From Okamejei kenojei (lineage: Eukaryota), in assembly GCA_035221665.1 (NCBI GenBank), contig CM069158.1:23746001-23810000 (forward strand): 64,000 nucleotides of DNA, in the 5' to 3' direction. How positions within the stretch are numbered: the first letter of the stretch is position 1; each line of letters opens with the position of its first letter. The translations under genes and the position numbers were made by a program. Positions 13,100 through 25,781 of this stretch are shown piece by piece. The notes under the pieces were generated by a model. It saw only the letters and a list, made by a program, of their open reading frames with translations. It did not search any database and had not been told where the DNA came from.

Positions 13100-13800
13100 C
13101 ATTCCATACTAGGCAATATCCTGGTAAATGTCCTCTGCGCCCTCTCCAGTGCAATCACAATCCTCCCTGTTGTATCTAGCCAGAACGTCTCAGGCTTCCA
13201 ATCACAAACAAAATTCTCCATTGTTGCCATTTGATTCCTATCACTCAGTCAATCTTGGATCCACTTTGGCAACTTGCATGGAATCTCATCAGCTCTAACC
13301 ATTAGTTCCAGTTTCTCATGAGAGATTTTATAAAAGGCCTAACCAAGTCCATGTAGACTGTCAGTCACATTAACTTCAACAATAATTTTGCTTCTTCTTC
13401 AAAAAATTCAATCAATCAGCTTGACCTGCTAAGTTCTCACTTGTTTTCTTTTTCAAGATTGCAGCACCTGCTGTTTCTCGTGTCTTTGATTAATCCCTAC
13501 CTTTCCAAGTTCAAATTAATCCTGAACATCAGAATGTTTTCCAATAAGTTCCCTACCACTAATGTTTAATTCTCAGTTCTGCAATTTCCTAATTTATCCT
13601 TCTTGCCATTTCTGAATTAATTTGCTGTCCTCCAATCATCCAGCATTTCAACTGTGGCCAATAATGATTTAAGAATCTCCGTCAGGAGTCCAGCAATCTC
13701 CTCCTGGAATACATTCCATCGAGCCTTCAAGATTTTTTTCACTTTCAAACCTGCTAGGCCATCAGATGGTAATATTCTTGAAGTTCATTCTTTCCTCTCC
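13100..13800 (-). mobile_element. Old CR1 LINE fragments
   Basis: Reverse-strand similarity to the CR1 ORF2 region also seen at 54000-55330. Confidence 0.5.
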
Positions 13801-14002
13801 TGAATTCTCCTGCTCCTTAGTGAATGTGCAAAATAAATATTAATTTAAAACTTCACCCAGTGTCTGTTTCCACATGCAAATTGCTCTTTGGTAATTCACG
13901 GGCCTTACTCCTTCCTTGGTTATCCTTTTGCCCTTATTAAACCTATAATATCCTGTATGATTTTACTTAATCCTATCTGCCTGTTTTATAATCCCACTTT
14001 CA

Positions 14003-14313
14003 GAGTGGTGCAGCTGGTAGGGCTGCTGCCTCACTGCGCAAGAGACCCGGATTTATCCAGACCTCGGGTGTTGTCTGTGTGGAGTTTGCACATTCTTCCT
14101 GTGCTGTGTGGATTTCCTCCGGGTACTCCAGTTTCCTCCCACATTCCAAATACTTGTGCATTCTTAGGTTAATTGGCCCCTGTAAATTTCCCCTAGTTTA
14201 GGGATTGGGTGAGAACATGGGATAACATACAGTACCACTAGTGTGAATGTGATTGTGATTGTCGGCATGGATATGGTGGGTCGAATAACATCTTTCCATG
14301 CTGTATCTCTAAA
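14003..14313 (+). mobile_element. V-SINE/HE1-like SINE
   Basis: A-box-like GTGGTGCAGCTGGTAG, core GTGGAGTTTGCACATTCT...CCCACATTCCAAA and CR1-type tail. Confidence 0.8.
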
Positions 14314-15979
14314 CTATCTCCAAACCTTCTCATCCTAATTTTTCTTTATAAGTTCCTCCCTCAACTCACACAAGGTCTCCATGTTTTCTGTTCCATACTC
14401 CTGTCACATACAATTTTTTTCTTTAGCTATCCCTTGACATCCAGGTTCCTTGAACATGCCTTTATCCCTCATAACATATTGGCTCTTAACTCTCTTTATT
14501 CCACTTTTGAATGGGTTTTACTTGTCTGAAACACACTCACTGACATGTCACTGCTCCTGCCAACGTTTGCCAAGTCTGGCCTTATGTGTTGAAATCAGCT
14601 TCTCCCTAATTCAGGGCCTTAATTTCCAGACCATCCTTACAATGATTTTGAAATTCACAGTTATGATCAGTAACTCTGAAACACTTCCCACTGACAGTTC
14701 AACCACTTGCCCAGCTACATTCTCAGATGAGGGCAGATGAGATGCAGTACCGCTTCTTCTCTAGTTGGATTATCTATGTACTGACTCAAACAGCTCTCCT
14801 AGACACACTTTAAAAATGCATCTCTGTCAGCGTTTTCACACTAAGGTAATCCCTGTTAATATTGGGAAGTTGAAATCCCCTACTACTCCAACCTTATTAC
14901 TCCTAAACCTCTCTGTGATTTGTCCACATATCTGCTCAACACTTTTCTGTTGACTATTAGGTTGCTTGTATTGTTCGCGCAGCAAAGCGGTTGCACCCTC
15001 TTTGCTCCTAAACTCCGACTATAAGACCTAATTTAAAGAGTTTTCATGAATATCTCCTCAATTAATGATGGACACTGCAACCAATATTACAATATTGCAA
15101 TGATATTACAATATCACCTCCCCCTTTACATCTCCTCCCATCATACCAGAAAACTGTATCCTATAATGTTGAGTTGCTAGTTCAGCCACATTGCTGTGAT
15201 ACCACCAATATCATATTTCCATGTTGATCAACATTTTACTCTCATCTGCCTCACTAACCAGACTCCATGTGTTGCTTCCATTTTTTTCTCTCTCTGTACT
15301 CACTCATTTTCTGTTTGTAAGCCATTGCCACCTCTCTCAGCAGGTACCAGCACCATTCACCTTGTTGTCTCTCTGTGTATCCACCTTGTCACAGTCATTT
15401 CCAATTTTCTCTTCTCAGCAACAAAAAACAAGTTTGCTTTCTCCTTTTACTTAGTTCCAATGAAGGGCCTGGAATGTTGACTCCATGCCTTTCCCTCCCG
15501 GTGTGTCTGATCTGCTGGCTATACCCATGAGTCCTGTTGCTTACATCATGCAAAATGACCCACAACGTGGAAACGAAAACGATTATTAGTTATTTGTTCA
15601 TAAAGATTTGCAATGTCTGACCAATCGTTGTTAACACTTTATAGAAGTGAGGCCTTGTTCTTCATAATCAGTCTTCTTGCTCTTCAATCAGATTGCAATT
15701 GTCACGGACTTTAGCTTTTGAAGAAATTTGAAAACTGGGACTATGAATCATATGGATATCAAGTTTAAATATAACATTTGAATTGCCTGAAGCCAAATAA
15801 AGAGAGTTATAAATGTTAATATTCTGGGGAATTACAATAGGGAATCTTTGCAATAATTATTTAAGGGAATTTGACTCATCAAAACCTTGAAGCTATTAAG
15901 CTAGCTAGGATTAATTAAAGTGTAATACGGATAGTATGGTGACTCATCAACGATATTGTTCACGTTTTCACATTGAGGG

Positions 15980-16710
15980 TCGAAAGTTGGAATGAGATGA
16001 CAGGAGAGGTAGTTGAGGCAGGTACCATAACAACATTGAATAGATATTTGGGCAGATACATGGATAGGAAAGGTTCAGAGGGATGTGGGCTAAATGCAGG
16101 CAGGTGGGGCTAGTGAAGATGGGGCATCGTGGTCAGCATGGGCAAGCTGGGCCGAAGGACCTGTTTCTGTGCTGTATGACCCTATGACTATGTCTCATCA
16201 GTAGATAACAGAATTCACAAAAATATAATAAGCAATGGCAGGGTAAAGAGGATGAGTGATTATTAACTCAGCTCACAGCTAATTCGAAGATTGACCATGC
16301 CCACTTTGACATAACCTAAACCAAATCTAAGAGTTGTTTTCCCATAATGTTGTTAGAAAATAGGTCAAATTGACTGTGTTTATTCTTACTGCAATGTTGG
16401 AGGCTGAGAGGTAACCTTATAGAGATTTATAAAATGATGAACGGACTAGAAAGAATAGATGGTCAGTTTTTTTTCCCAGGATAGGAGAATCCTAACCTAG
16501 AAGGCTCAGGTTTGAGATGAGAAAGAGGACTGATGTCGGAAGTTATATGGAATGAGCTTCCAGAGGAAGTGGTAGAAACAGATACAAGTATAACATTCAA
16601 AAGGCATTTGGAAGGTACTTGGACAGGAAGGGCATAGAACATTTTGGGTCCAGTGCAGGCAAACTGGATTAGCATAGGTCGACATGGCAGTCAGCATGGA
16701 CTAGAGGACT
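15980..16710 (+). mobile_element. Two CR1 3'-end fragments
   Basis: WNELP/VVEAG-type coding ends and the GGGCCGAAGG.CCTGTTTC tail at 15980-16195 and 16400-16710. Confidence 0.7.
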
Positions 16711-16789
16711 TAGTTTTAGGGTGAGATTTAGTTTAGTTAAGTTTATTATTGTCACTGGGTACAGTGAAAAACTTAATTCCATGCTATTC

Positions 16790-19265
16790 AGCCGAAGAAA
16801 AGACTATACAGGGGCTACGTCCACAACTCCCTGCAATTTCTTGCGGTCTTGGGTGGAGCTGTTCATAAACCAAGCTGTGATGCGTTCCAATAAAATGTTT
16901 TCTGTGACACATCTGCAAACATTGGTGAGGGTTGTTGGGGATATGCCAAACCACTTAAGTCTTCTAAGGAAGTAGAGCTGTTGATGTGCTTTCTTAGACA
17001 TTCCTTCGACTTGGCTGGTTCAGGACAAATTGCCTGGAATATTTATTCCTAAGAACTTGAAGCTTTCGACCATCTCTACTTCAGCGCCATCAATATATAG
17101 CAGAACATCCTGAAGTCAATCTCAATCTCATTTGTCTTGCTTACATTGAGGGAGAGGTTGTCGACTTGGAGCCAGGCTATGAGGTTTGTCAAAATAGACA
17201 CAAAAAGCTGGAGTAACACAGCGGGACAGGCAGGATCTTTGGAAAAAAGGAATGGGTGACGTCTCGGGTCGAGACCCTTCTTCAGACTGGTTAGAGTTAC
17301 GGGAAATGAGAGATATAGATGATGATGTGGAGGGATAAACAACAATTAATAAAAGATATGTAGAAAAGTAACAATGATAAAGAAAACAGACCGTACTGTA
17401 GTTAGCTGTTGATAAAGGAAACAGGCCATCAATCTCCTTGCACCCCATCTCGTCATTATTTGATATCCATCGCACTATGGTGGTGTCGTCTGCGAATTTG
17501 TAAATTGAGTTGGATTGGTATTTGCCTGCACAGTCATGAGTGTATATGGAGTGTAATAGTGGGCTGAGACCTCATCCATGCGAGGCACCAGTGTTGAGGA
17601 GTTCAAGTTCAAGTTCAAGTGAGTTTATTGTCATGTGTCCCTGATAGGACAATTAAATTCTTGCTTTGCTTCAGCACAACAGAACATAGTAGGGATTGAC
17701 TACAAAACAGATCAGTCCATATACCATTATATAAATATATACACACATGAATAAATAAACTGATAAAGTGCAAATAACATAATCGGGTTATTAATGTTCA
17801 AAGTTTTGTCCGAGCCCGGTTTAATAGCCTGATGGCTGTGGGTAAGTAGCTATTCCTGAACCTGGTCGTTGCAGTCTTCAGGCTCCTGTACCTTCTACCT
17901 GAAGGTAGCAGGGAGATGAGTGTGTGGCCAGGATGGTGTGGGTCTTTGATGATACTGCCAGCCTTTTTGAGGCAGCGACTGCGATAAATCCCCTCGATGG
18001 AAGGAAGGTCAGAGCCGATGATGGACTGGGCAGTACTTACTACTTTTTGTAGTCTTTCCCTCTCCTGGGCACTCAAGTTACCGAACCAAGCCACGATGTA
18101 ACTGGCCAGCATGCTCTCTACTGTGCACCTGTAGAAGTTAGAGAGAGTCATCCTTGACAAACCGACTCTCCGTAATCTTCTCAGGAAGTAGAGGCGCTGA
18201 TGTGTTTTCTTGATAATTGCATCAGTGTTTTCGGACCAGGAACGATCTTCAGAGATGTGCATGCCCAGGAATTTGAAGCTCTTGACTCTTTCAACCATCG
18301 ACCCGTTGATATGAACAGGACTGTGGGTCCCCATCCTACTCCTTCCAAAGTCCACAATCTGTTCCTTGGTTTTGCTGGTGTTGAGGGCCAGGTTATTGGG
18401 CTGGCAGCATATGGACAGTTGCTCGATCTCTCTTCTATACTCTGACTCATCCCCATCAGTGATATGTTCCACAACAGTGGTGTCGTCAGCGAACTTGATG
18501 ATGGAGTTCGCACTATGACCGACTACGCAGTCATGAGTATAGAGTGAGCACGGCAGGGGGCTGAGCACGCAGCCTTATGGTGCTCCCGTGCTGATTGTTA
18601 TCAGGTCTGACACATTTCCACCAATACGAACAGACTGTGGTCTGTGAATGAGGAAGTCAAGGATCATCATAGAGGATGATTTGTTACTTATCCTCACTGA
18701 TTGTGATCTGTTGATCAGAACGTCGACAATCCATTTGCAGAGGAGAGTGCTGACTCCAAGTTCCATGAGTTTGGAGATAAGCTTTGTTGATTTAATGTAC
18801 TGAAAGCAGAGCTGTAGTCTATGAAAAGGCGTCTGACGCAGGTGTCCTTCTTATCTAGGTGTTCCATGGGTAAGTGTTGGGCCAGGGAGATGGTATCAGC
18901 TATTGACCTACTGTGGTGGTAAGTGAACTTCAGTGGATCAATGATGCTTGCCAGGTTGGATTTAATGTGTGCCATTACAAACCTCTTGAAGCAATTCATG
19001 ATTGTAGATGTTAAGGTCACTAGGCCGTAGTCATAAAGGCATGAGATTTATTTGGCACCGGGATGATAGTGGTCTTCTTGAAGCTGGTGGGTACCCCAGA
19101 ATGGAGTAGGCAGATATTAAAGATCTCCCTCATCACTCCCGCTAGTTCGTTTGCGTAGTTCCTAAGGATGAGGTCAGGGACATCATCTGGACAAGTTGTT
19201 TTCTGTGGGTTTACCTTCAGGAAAGCCGATTTAACTCCTGCAACAGTGAGCCTGGGGAAAGGCAC
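16790..19265 (-). mobile_element. Older Rex1/L2-type LINE, interrupted by a Penelope fragment (~17195-17420) and a younger LINE copy (17601-18659)
   Basis: ORFs 19020-19265, 18715-19020 (LFIDYSSAF), 18575-18766 and 16804-17001 are collinear RT fragments. Confidence 0.85.
17601..18659 (-). mobile_element. Younger 5'-truncated Rex1/L2-type LINE with an open RT C-terminal ORF (17798-18568)
   Basis: ORF with LYTHDC, KFADDTT, FLG.HIS and HQRLYFLRRL; (CTTGAA)n tail; AGGA on both sides (17597-17600, 18660-18663). Confidence 0.9.
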
Positions 19266-20864
19266 ACTCGTGTCTGACGGGACGAATGAAAAGATTTTGA
19301 TGAGATCTGAAGGAGACCTTTTTCACTCAGAGGATGGTGAGGATCTGGAATATAAGGCCTGAGTGAGCGGTGGAAGCAGAATTATTGATGTGTCTTGACA
19401 AGAATTTGAACTGCCTAGGTAGAGAAAACTATGAGGCAAGAGTTAGAAAATGTGATTAAGACAGTTCGGTCCCCTCTAGTCAGCATGGGCATGGTGGGCC
19501 GAATGGTTTCAAGCTGTATGACTCCATGATTCTGTGACTCACTTAGAACTAGCAAACATCTTAGATAATGTTTCCTCGGATTCAAAAAAGGACACATGAT
19601 GGACATATTCAAGAACATAATGTCCAATTCAGATCATTAGTATTCCATTGCATGTCCTGGATTCCTCCATTTCAAAGGGAAATGTAGGTACAACCAAATA
19701 AGCTTATAGGTTTATAGATCCCTTACAGGAAGCCATATTGTGTCCAAGAGGAACCAAAGCCAAAATGCAATTTTTTTGTTTAATTATTTCATTCAGCCCT
19801 TTCTATTCATATATTGTTCGCAAATTAATTCTGGAATAACAGCTTAAAATATGTTGGTATGTGTGACATTTTAAATTGCCACACCTTATTTTGCTTACTA
19901 TGACACCTTTTTCTATATACATGCACAACAAGTGTGACAATGGACGCAAGCATGAGGGAGAGAAAAAGTTGCTTCACCCTTCCCTAGCTCGTCAACATCC
20001 TTTGGTTTCTTAAGTGTCATTAGTTTGGAATTTTGAATCACTCTTCTGAATCCTCTTGAGGATTGGACATGGACTACGTTTGAGTTTAGCATATTTACGG
20101 AATGTTGCATCCAATTACGTGGATGGAAGCAGACTATCATGTTAAAGTATGATAATTGAATGATGGGACTTATTGGTGAGTGAGTGATCGTGGAATGTTG
20201 CATCAAACATTTTTTGCAGTTGCAATTGTAGAACACAGCATTTGAAGATGCATTCACTCTTCTTGAGTGCTGCCCTGAGCTCATTGAGGCATTGCATCTG
20301 GGTTCTCATGGCTTGATACCAGATGTTGATTGTCACAATTACAGGGGCCAGTATTCCCTCCACTGCCTTCAGAGTTTGAATAGAATAGTAAGATTAAATG
20401 AGAACTTACCTGTTCGACGTTTGATCTTTATTTTAAGAGGAGTTACGATGAGGGATTTCATGAAGACCCCGCCAGCAAGCATGCGCAACATTCTTCAAAG
20501 CAGCGATGTGAAATCACAGATAGTAGAGGTGACTGAAGATATTAAGATAAGAGAACTAACATACCAGTTGACCTTATAATAGAAGGTTGGGAGCGGAGGG
20601 CACGAAATCCTTCATCGTAACTCCTCATAAAATAAGGATCAAACTTCGAACTGGTAAGTTCTCGTTTAAACTTACTATTTTACTTCGGAGTCACGTGAAT
20701 GACTTTGTGAAGATTTCATGCCCTGGAAACGAGTCCATGCTCACACACTGCCATAATGACCAATGGAGGAAGTATGTTAACGTATTTCAGACTTGAAACA
20801 GTGCTGAAAAACAATAATGTATTTATTAACAACAAATAATAAACCCCTAACTTCGGGGGAAAAT

Positions 20865-21830
20865 TTAAGATACAGAACTTAAAATAGTATCTGCAAAAGT
20901 TGCAGATGTGGTCACAGGTTTGTTATAAAACCGTTGAAAAGTTGACTCATTGGACCAACCCGCCGTAGCAAGGATGTGGTCCATGGGAACTTCCATCATC
21001 CTCCCCGCTAATGTAGACGCAGCCCTGGTAGAATGAGATTTAAAAACGTCAGTGTCTACCCCTGCTGCACCTAACACCATCCTGAGCCACCTTGAAATGG
21101 TCTGTACAGTTACCCTGTAGTGAGGGCATTTAAGACTGATTAAAAGGCCCATTTCCATACCCCTGAGATTTTTAGTGACCTCTAGGTAATGACGAAGGTG
21201 GGTTGTTATGCAAAGGCGTCTGTCTAATGGATAGGCCTGGAACTCCATTTTAGGCCAGATGACCCAAGTCTGTTATGTTTAAGTAACTCATTTATATAAA
21301 AGGTCACCTTATTTGGAGTTGATACCATGGTATTCCATTTTAATTTATGCAGGGTCTGGACCCGCTGTGCAGTAACAAGTGCCATCAGCATCACTACCTT
21401 ATAGGTGAGCTTGGTCAATGAGAGTGACCCAATCCATAAGCAGGGACAAGACCAGTCCGATATCCCAGGTTTGAGAATATCGAGGCCTAGGAGGATTAGA
21501 GTTAAAAATACCCCTCATAAGTTTAGACACCAGGGGGTGGGATCCTACTCCAAGGTGTTCTAACCCAAGCCCGAGGTAGGATGATAAAGCACTTCTAGCA
21601 CAGTTGATGGCACGATAACTGAGGCCCTCATCGTAATGAAGGCTAGCCAGGAATTCCAGTACGTCTATAATGGTGGCAGAGTTGTATGTGGTGCCAGTCC
21701 TGGAACAAAATACTTCCCATTTTTTAACATAGGTGAGGTATTGTCTCCTGGTGGACTCCCTGCACGATGCCGTGATGATGTTCATGGTCCTGTCCGTCAA
21801 CCCGAACTCCAGGAGAGGTCTATTCAGAAC
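20865..21830 (-). pseudogene. Tyrosine recombinase of DIRS B (frameshifted)
   Basis: ORFs 21399-21836, 21224-21418 (LVTAQRVQ, catalytic R) and 20865-21248 (HSTR, AGWS, FQRFY). Confidence 0.92.
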
Positions 21831-23721
21831 CTGCAAGCCAATAGGTTCATGTAATCATGGCATGGATGATTCTCTCCAGTCACGGGATGTACCAGGAGAT
21901 TCGGGCGTTTGGGAATCGGGAGACCCAAATGGGAACCACAGGGAACCATAGGCCAATCGGGTATGATCAGAATTCCTGATGCGGAGTCTAATTGAATTTT
22001 CCACAATACCCGACTGATGAGGCAGAAAGGGGGAAATGCATAGAAAAACAAATCCCCCCAATGTAGCGATAAAGCGTCCATCGCTACTGCCCCAGAGTCT
22101 GGTTCCCATGCAACATATTTTGGTATCTGATGGTTAAGTCTAGATGCAAAAAAGTCGATATCTGGCGTTCCATACCGAGCTATAATGTCGGTAAATACCT
22201 GGTGGTTCAATATCCATTCGGTGTTGTCATTGAATATGCATGACCTGGTGTCCGCCATTGTGTTGAGCTTACCTGGAAGGTAGGTAGCTGATATCCAAAT
22301 GTTTCTTTCAATGCACCAGTGCCAGATTTAATTTGCCAATTCATCACAAGATATCAACTTGATACCACCCATATGATTAATATATGCCACCACTGTGGTA
22401 TTATCTATTTGTAGGCAAACATGCAGATGGTGCATATCTGAACAGTAGGCCTGAAGTCCATGAAATGCTCCCAACATTTCTAAATCATTAATACCTTGTG
22501 TCCGAAGTAAGGTAGATTTGTGTGTATTCCATCAACCACCAGTATCGGTAGCTCCTCAGCCGTGAGCGCAGGCGTCAGTTTGTAACACAACCAAAGGGTT
22601 TGTGATTCTGATGGGATTAAAGCAATGTCAAATATTGCTAATCCACCATCCAATTCGATTTTTGCTTTGGCCGGTAGCTGCATAGGCCTGTCAAAATGAC
22701 CAGCGTGAGATTTGAGTGCTGCAATTTTGGCTCTTTGTAAATTTTGGTAATGTTACGGTCCATATTGTGTGGCTGCAAAGGTAGCCACAAGTTTCCCGAT
22801 TACCCCGGCAGCGTGCCAAATGGTTGGTTTACAGGTGCATAAAAGGCTATTGCATGCCTCTATTAAGTCTGTCGCTTTGCTTTTTGGCAAGGTGACAGTC
22901 ATGTGAACAGAATCGATCGTGAACCCCAGATAATCCATTATTACAGAAGGCATTAACTTGGATTTGTCTGGATGGATGATAAATCCCAGTTTTTGAAATA
23001 GAAGTTTGGTGGCTGTAACAGACAATTTAGCCAGTTTCAAGGTTTTCCCCACAATTAGGATTTCATCAAGATATGCCATGACAATGTGCCTTTGTTTCCG
23101 AAGAAACGTCAATGCTGGTTTCAGTATTTTGGTAAATAGCCAGGGGGCTGTTGTTAATCCATTAGGCAGCGCTTTATACTGCCATAGCTGCCCCATCCAG
23201 ATAAATTTCAAATATCTGTGGTGATCTTCATGTATTGGTACTGAATAGTATGCATATTTTAGGTCAATGCAGGCCATGAAGTACCCTTTGGAAACTAGTT
23301 GTTTAGCAGTTACAAACGTTTCCATTTTGAAGTGGGTATATTGCACAAAAGTATTCAGTTGTGTCAAGTCAATGGTAATGCGGCATCCACCATCTTTTTT
23401 GGTTTTAGTGAAGATGTTTGATACAAACTCAAGAGGTTCATGTTTAGTTTTCTCTATTACTCCCTTAGAATACAATCTAAGTAGTTCTGCATGTCCTTCC
23501 ACTTTCTCTTTTTGTGAAAGCACAAATTTCCGGCTAGGTACATGTTGAACTGGTAGGAGGAGTTTGTCAATTAATTCAATTTTGTATCCCTGAATACTGT
23601 GCAATATAAAGAGATCAGAAGTTATAGAACTCCATGCATCCCGAAACAAGTGTAATCTACTCCCTATTTGTGAAGTTACACATGTGATATTCCCAAGGCA
23701 ACCAGACCCACCTACCTCCAT
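21824..23721 (-). pseudogene. pol of DIRS B: RT, RNase H, Dam-like methyltransferase domain
   Basis: IDLKYAY, LPNGL and YLDE (YLDD variant) in RT; DFFASRLNHQ...YAFPPF in MT; stops and frameshifts in RH. Confidence 0.92.
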
Positions 23722-23723
23722 TG

Positions 23724-25186
23724 TTACTGGTGGCGCTGGGTCGGCTTCTTCCGTCCTTGGCTCTTGGGACATGGAGGCGTTGTGGTGCGGGGTTGCCGCA
23801 TTTTCCAGGAAGGCTGCTCTGGGACATGGCCTAAAAAAGACCTTTGTGTGGGTTGTGCTGCCTTCGGTGTTTCACCCGCTGTCCTGTCGCTATGGTAGTG
23901 GGGCCTGTTGGTGGTTGCATAGGGGTACTGCCACCGGCTGACTGTTGACCTGATGGTAGTCGGTGCCTTGATCATGCCCACCGCTTTTGCTTCTTCATCA
24001 AGGTCTTTGACCTGTTTAGGCAGGTTGTCCCCGAACAGCAGAGTAGGCGGCGGTGTGCTGCTAGTTTTATACAATCCTGCGAATTTTGGGTTAAGTGTAG
24101 GCCGGATCGCACTTTTTCTGAAGCAGTTAATTTCGAATTGGACATTGCAGAGTAGTGCTAAAGCGTCCTGTTGCTCATCCGTCATGTCGTTGCCATCCAT
24201 TGATCTGGCAAATGCAGTAATTCCCGCAGCTAGCGGTTTTAATATCTTCTGCATATTGACCTCTTGGGCCCTGATGCTGGGACTGATGTTCCCCCAGATG
24301 GTGTGTTGACTGCCGGTACATTGAGAGAGACACAGTTCTCAGGAGCAAGGTATTTGGCCGTGGTATCATTGAAACATAGAAACATAGAAATTAGGTGCAG
24401 GAGCAGGCCATTCGGCCCTTCGAGCCTGCACCGCCATTCAATATGATCATGGCTGATCATCCAACTCAGTATCCTGTACCTGCCTTCTCTCCTTACCCCC
24501 TGATCCCTTCAGCCACAAGGGCCACATCCAACTCCCTCTTAAATATGGCCAACGAACTGGCCTCAACTACCTTCTGTGGCAGAGAATTCCACAGATTCAC
24601 CACTCTCTGTGTGAAAAATTGATGCAGCTGATGCGTTGTTAGATAATTAATGCTCGCTGCCAGCTGCAGTTGTAACGACTGTCCCTTCTGGGATGGTATT
24701 GCGAATTTTGATACCATTCCCAGGAGCTCGTCTTCCTGCACCCCTAGCACGTTGGGTTCTTCAGCCAACCCCTCTTCAGAGTCAGCCCAGACCTGACTCC
24801 TAATGCTCCCCTGCGAAGAGGGTGAGACATTTGTAAAGGATACTGCCGTGGGTCTGCGAAGAGACCCACGGTGACCAGACTCCTGCTGGAGTAGGTCGCG
24901 ATGGAGCAGCTGCTCCACCATCCGCTCCATGTGGGATAATCGACCGACGTCACTACCCGCGAACGGCAAGTCGTCAGGCCCAGACTCAGCCGAGTCAACG
25001 GGGCTGCCCGACTTCCGGGTGGCTTTGCCGCCAGTCCGCAGTGTTCCTGCGGGCTGTAGCGGCAGGAAGTCGGGGGCTGCCGCATGCTCAACGGCCAGCT
25101 CAGGCGTTGTCGGCCGCTGTTTACTGCCCGCGGTCCTCCGCAGTCTGTCGGGAAGCGGCCCGTTTCTTTCCTCGAGTTTTTTCCAT
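23724..25186 (-). pseudogene. gag-like ORF1 of DIRS B, disrupted by a CR1 insertion
   Basis: ORFs 23724-24254 and 24493-25218 are homologous to D ORF 37169-38272; probable start MEKTRGKKR at 25186. Confidence 0.85.
24371..24618 (-). mobile_element. CR1 3'-end fragment inserted in DIRS B gag
   Basis: FFTQRVVNLWNSLPQKVVEA (CR1 ORF2 end) and a (TTTCTATG)n tail; gag homology resumes on both sides. Confidence 0.92.
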
Positions 25187-25487
25187 CGCTCGAGGTAGTG
25201 GGTACTCTGTGAATACAAACAGGAAAGCAGAGTGCCCTAACCACTCTAGGTTAGCGGTACTTACCTGAGGGTTTCCTTTTGTAAACTTGCCGGTAATATG
25301 TCGTGCATGTGTGCTGGCGGGGTCTTCACGAAGTCACTCACGTGACTCCGAAGTAAAATGTTGAGTTAGAATGTACTTCTCTCACTCCAATCAGGCATCA
25401 AGGTCTCCACTGCCCTGTTGGAACCTGCTTAGTTCCATACTGTGTCATTCTTCAATTTCTTCCTGGTTGGAATGAATTTCTGGATAC

Positions 25488-25689
25488 TGTAGAGAAGGTA
25501 CACAGACACCTTAAGGTCTTCACTACTTTATTAATCATACATCATATATAGCCCTAGCTGTACGTGGTCTGTCACGATCACTAGAGAGAGAGCTGGGGCG
25601 TGTGGGTTACAATTATACTAGCTGGTGGGGGGGTGGTTAGCATGGACATCGTCACTATCAATTAAAGGTGTATACACATATCATCTACA
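25488..25689 (-). repeat. 3' LTR of gypsy element
   Basis: Near-identical direct repeat of 29947-30157; TGTAGA...TCTACA ends. Confidence 0.97.
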
Positions 25690-25699
25690 TCCTTCCTCT
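25690..25699 (-). promoter_or_regulatory. Polypurine tract of gypsy element
   Basis: AGAGGAAGGA immediately before the 3' LTR. Confidence 0.9.
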
Positions 25700-25781
25700 A
25701 CCAAAACAAACAGTGAGTGACAGGGCGACCACGTCTCATGCGCTAGGGTAAATGCAAACAGTAAAGTACGGGAATACAGAA

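Larger units (their letters stand above)
20384..25359 (-). mobile_element. DIRS1-like retrotransposon copy B, full length but mutated
   Basis: Left end ATTTTACTTCGGAGTCACGTGAGTGAC at 25359; gag, RT/RH/MT and YR ORFs; ICR ~20601-20713 complementary to both ends; right ITR 20384-20490. Confidence 0.95.

Noticed and set aside
19913-20383. Possible large exon interrupted by DIRS B and gypsy (EGSGG/QGSGD motifs after rejoining with 25360-25487 and 30163-30280)
   Set aside because: Many stops in all frames after reconstruction; no recognisable family.
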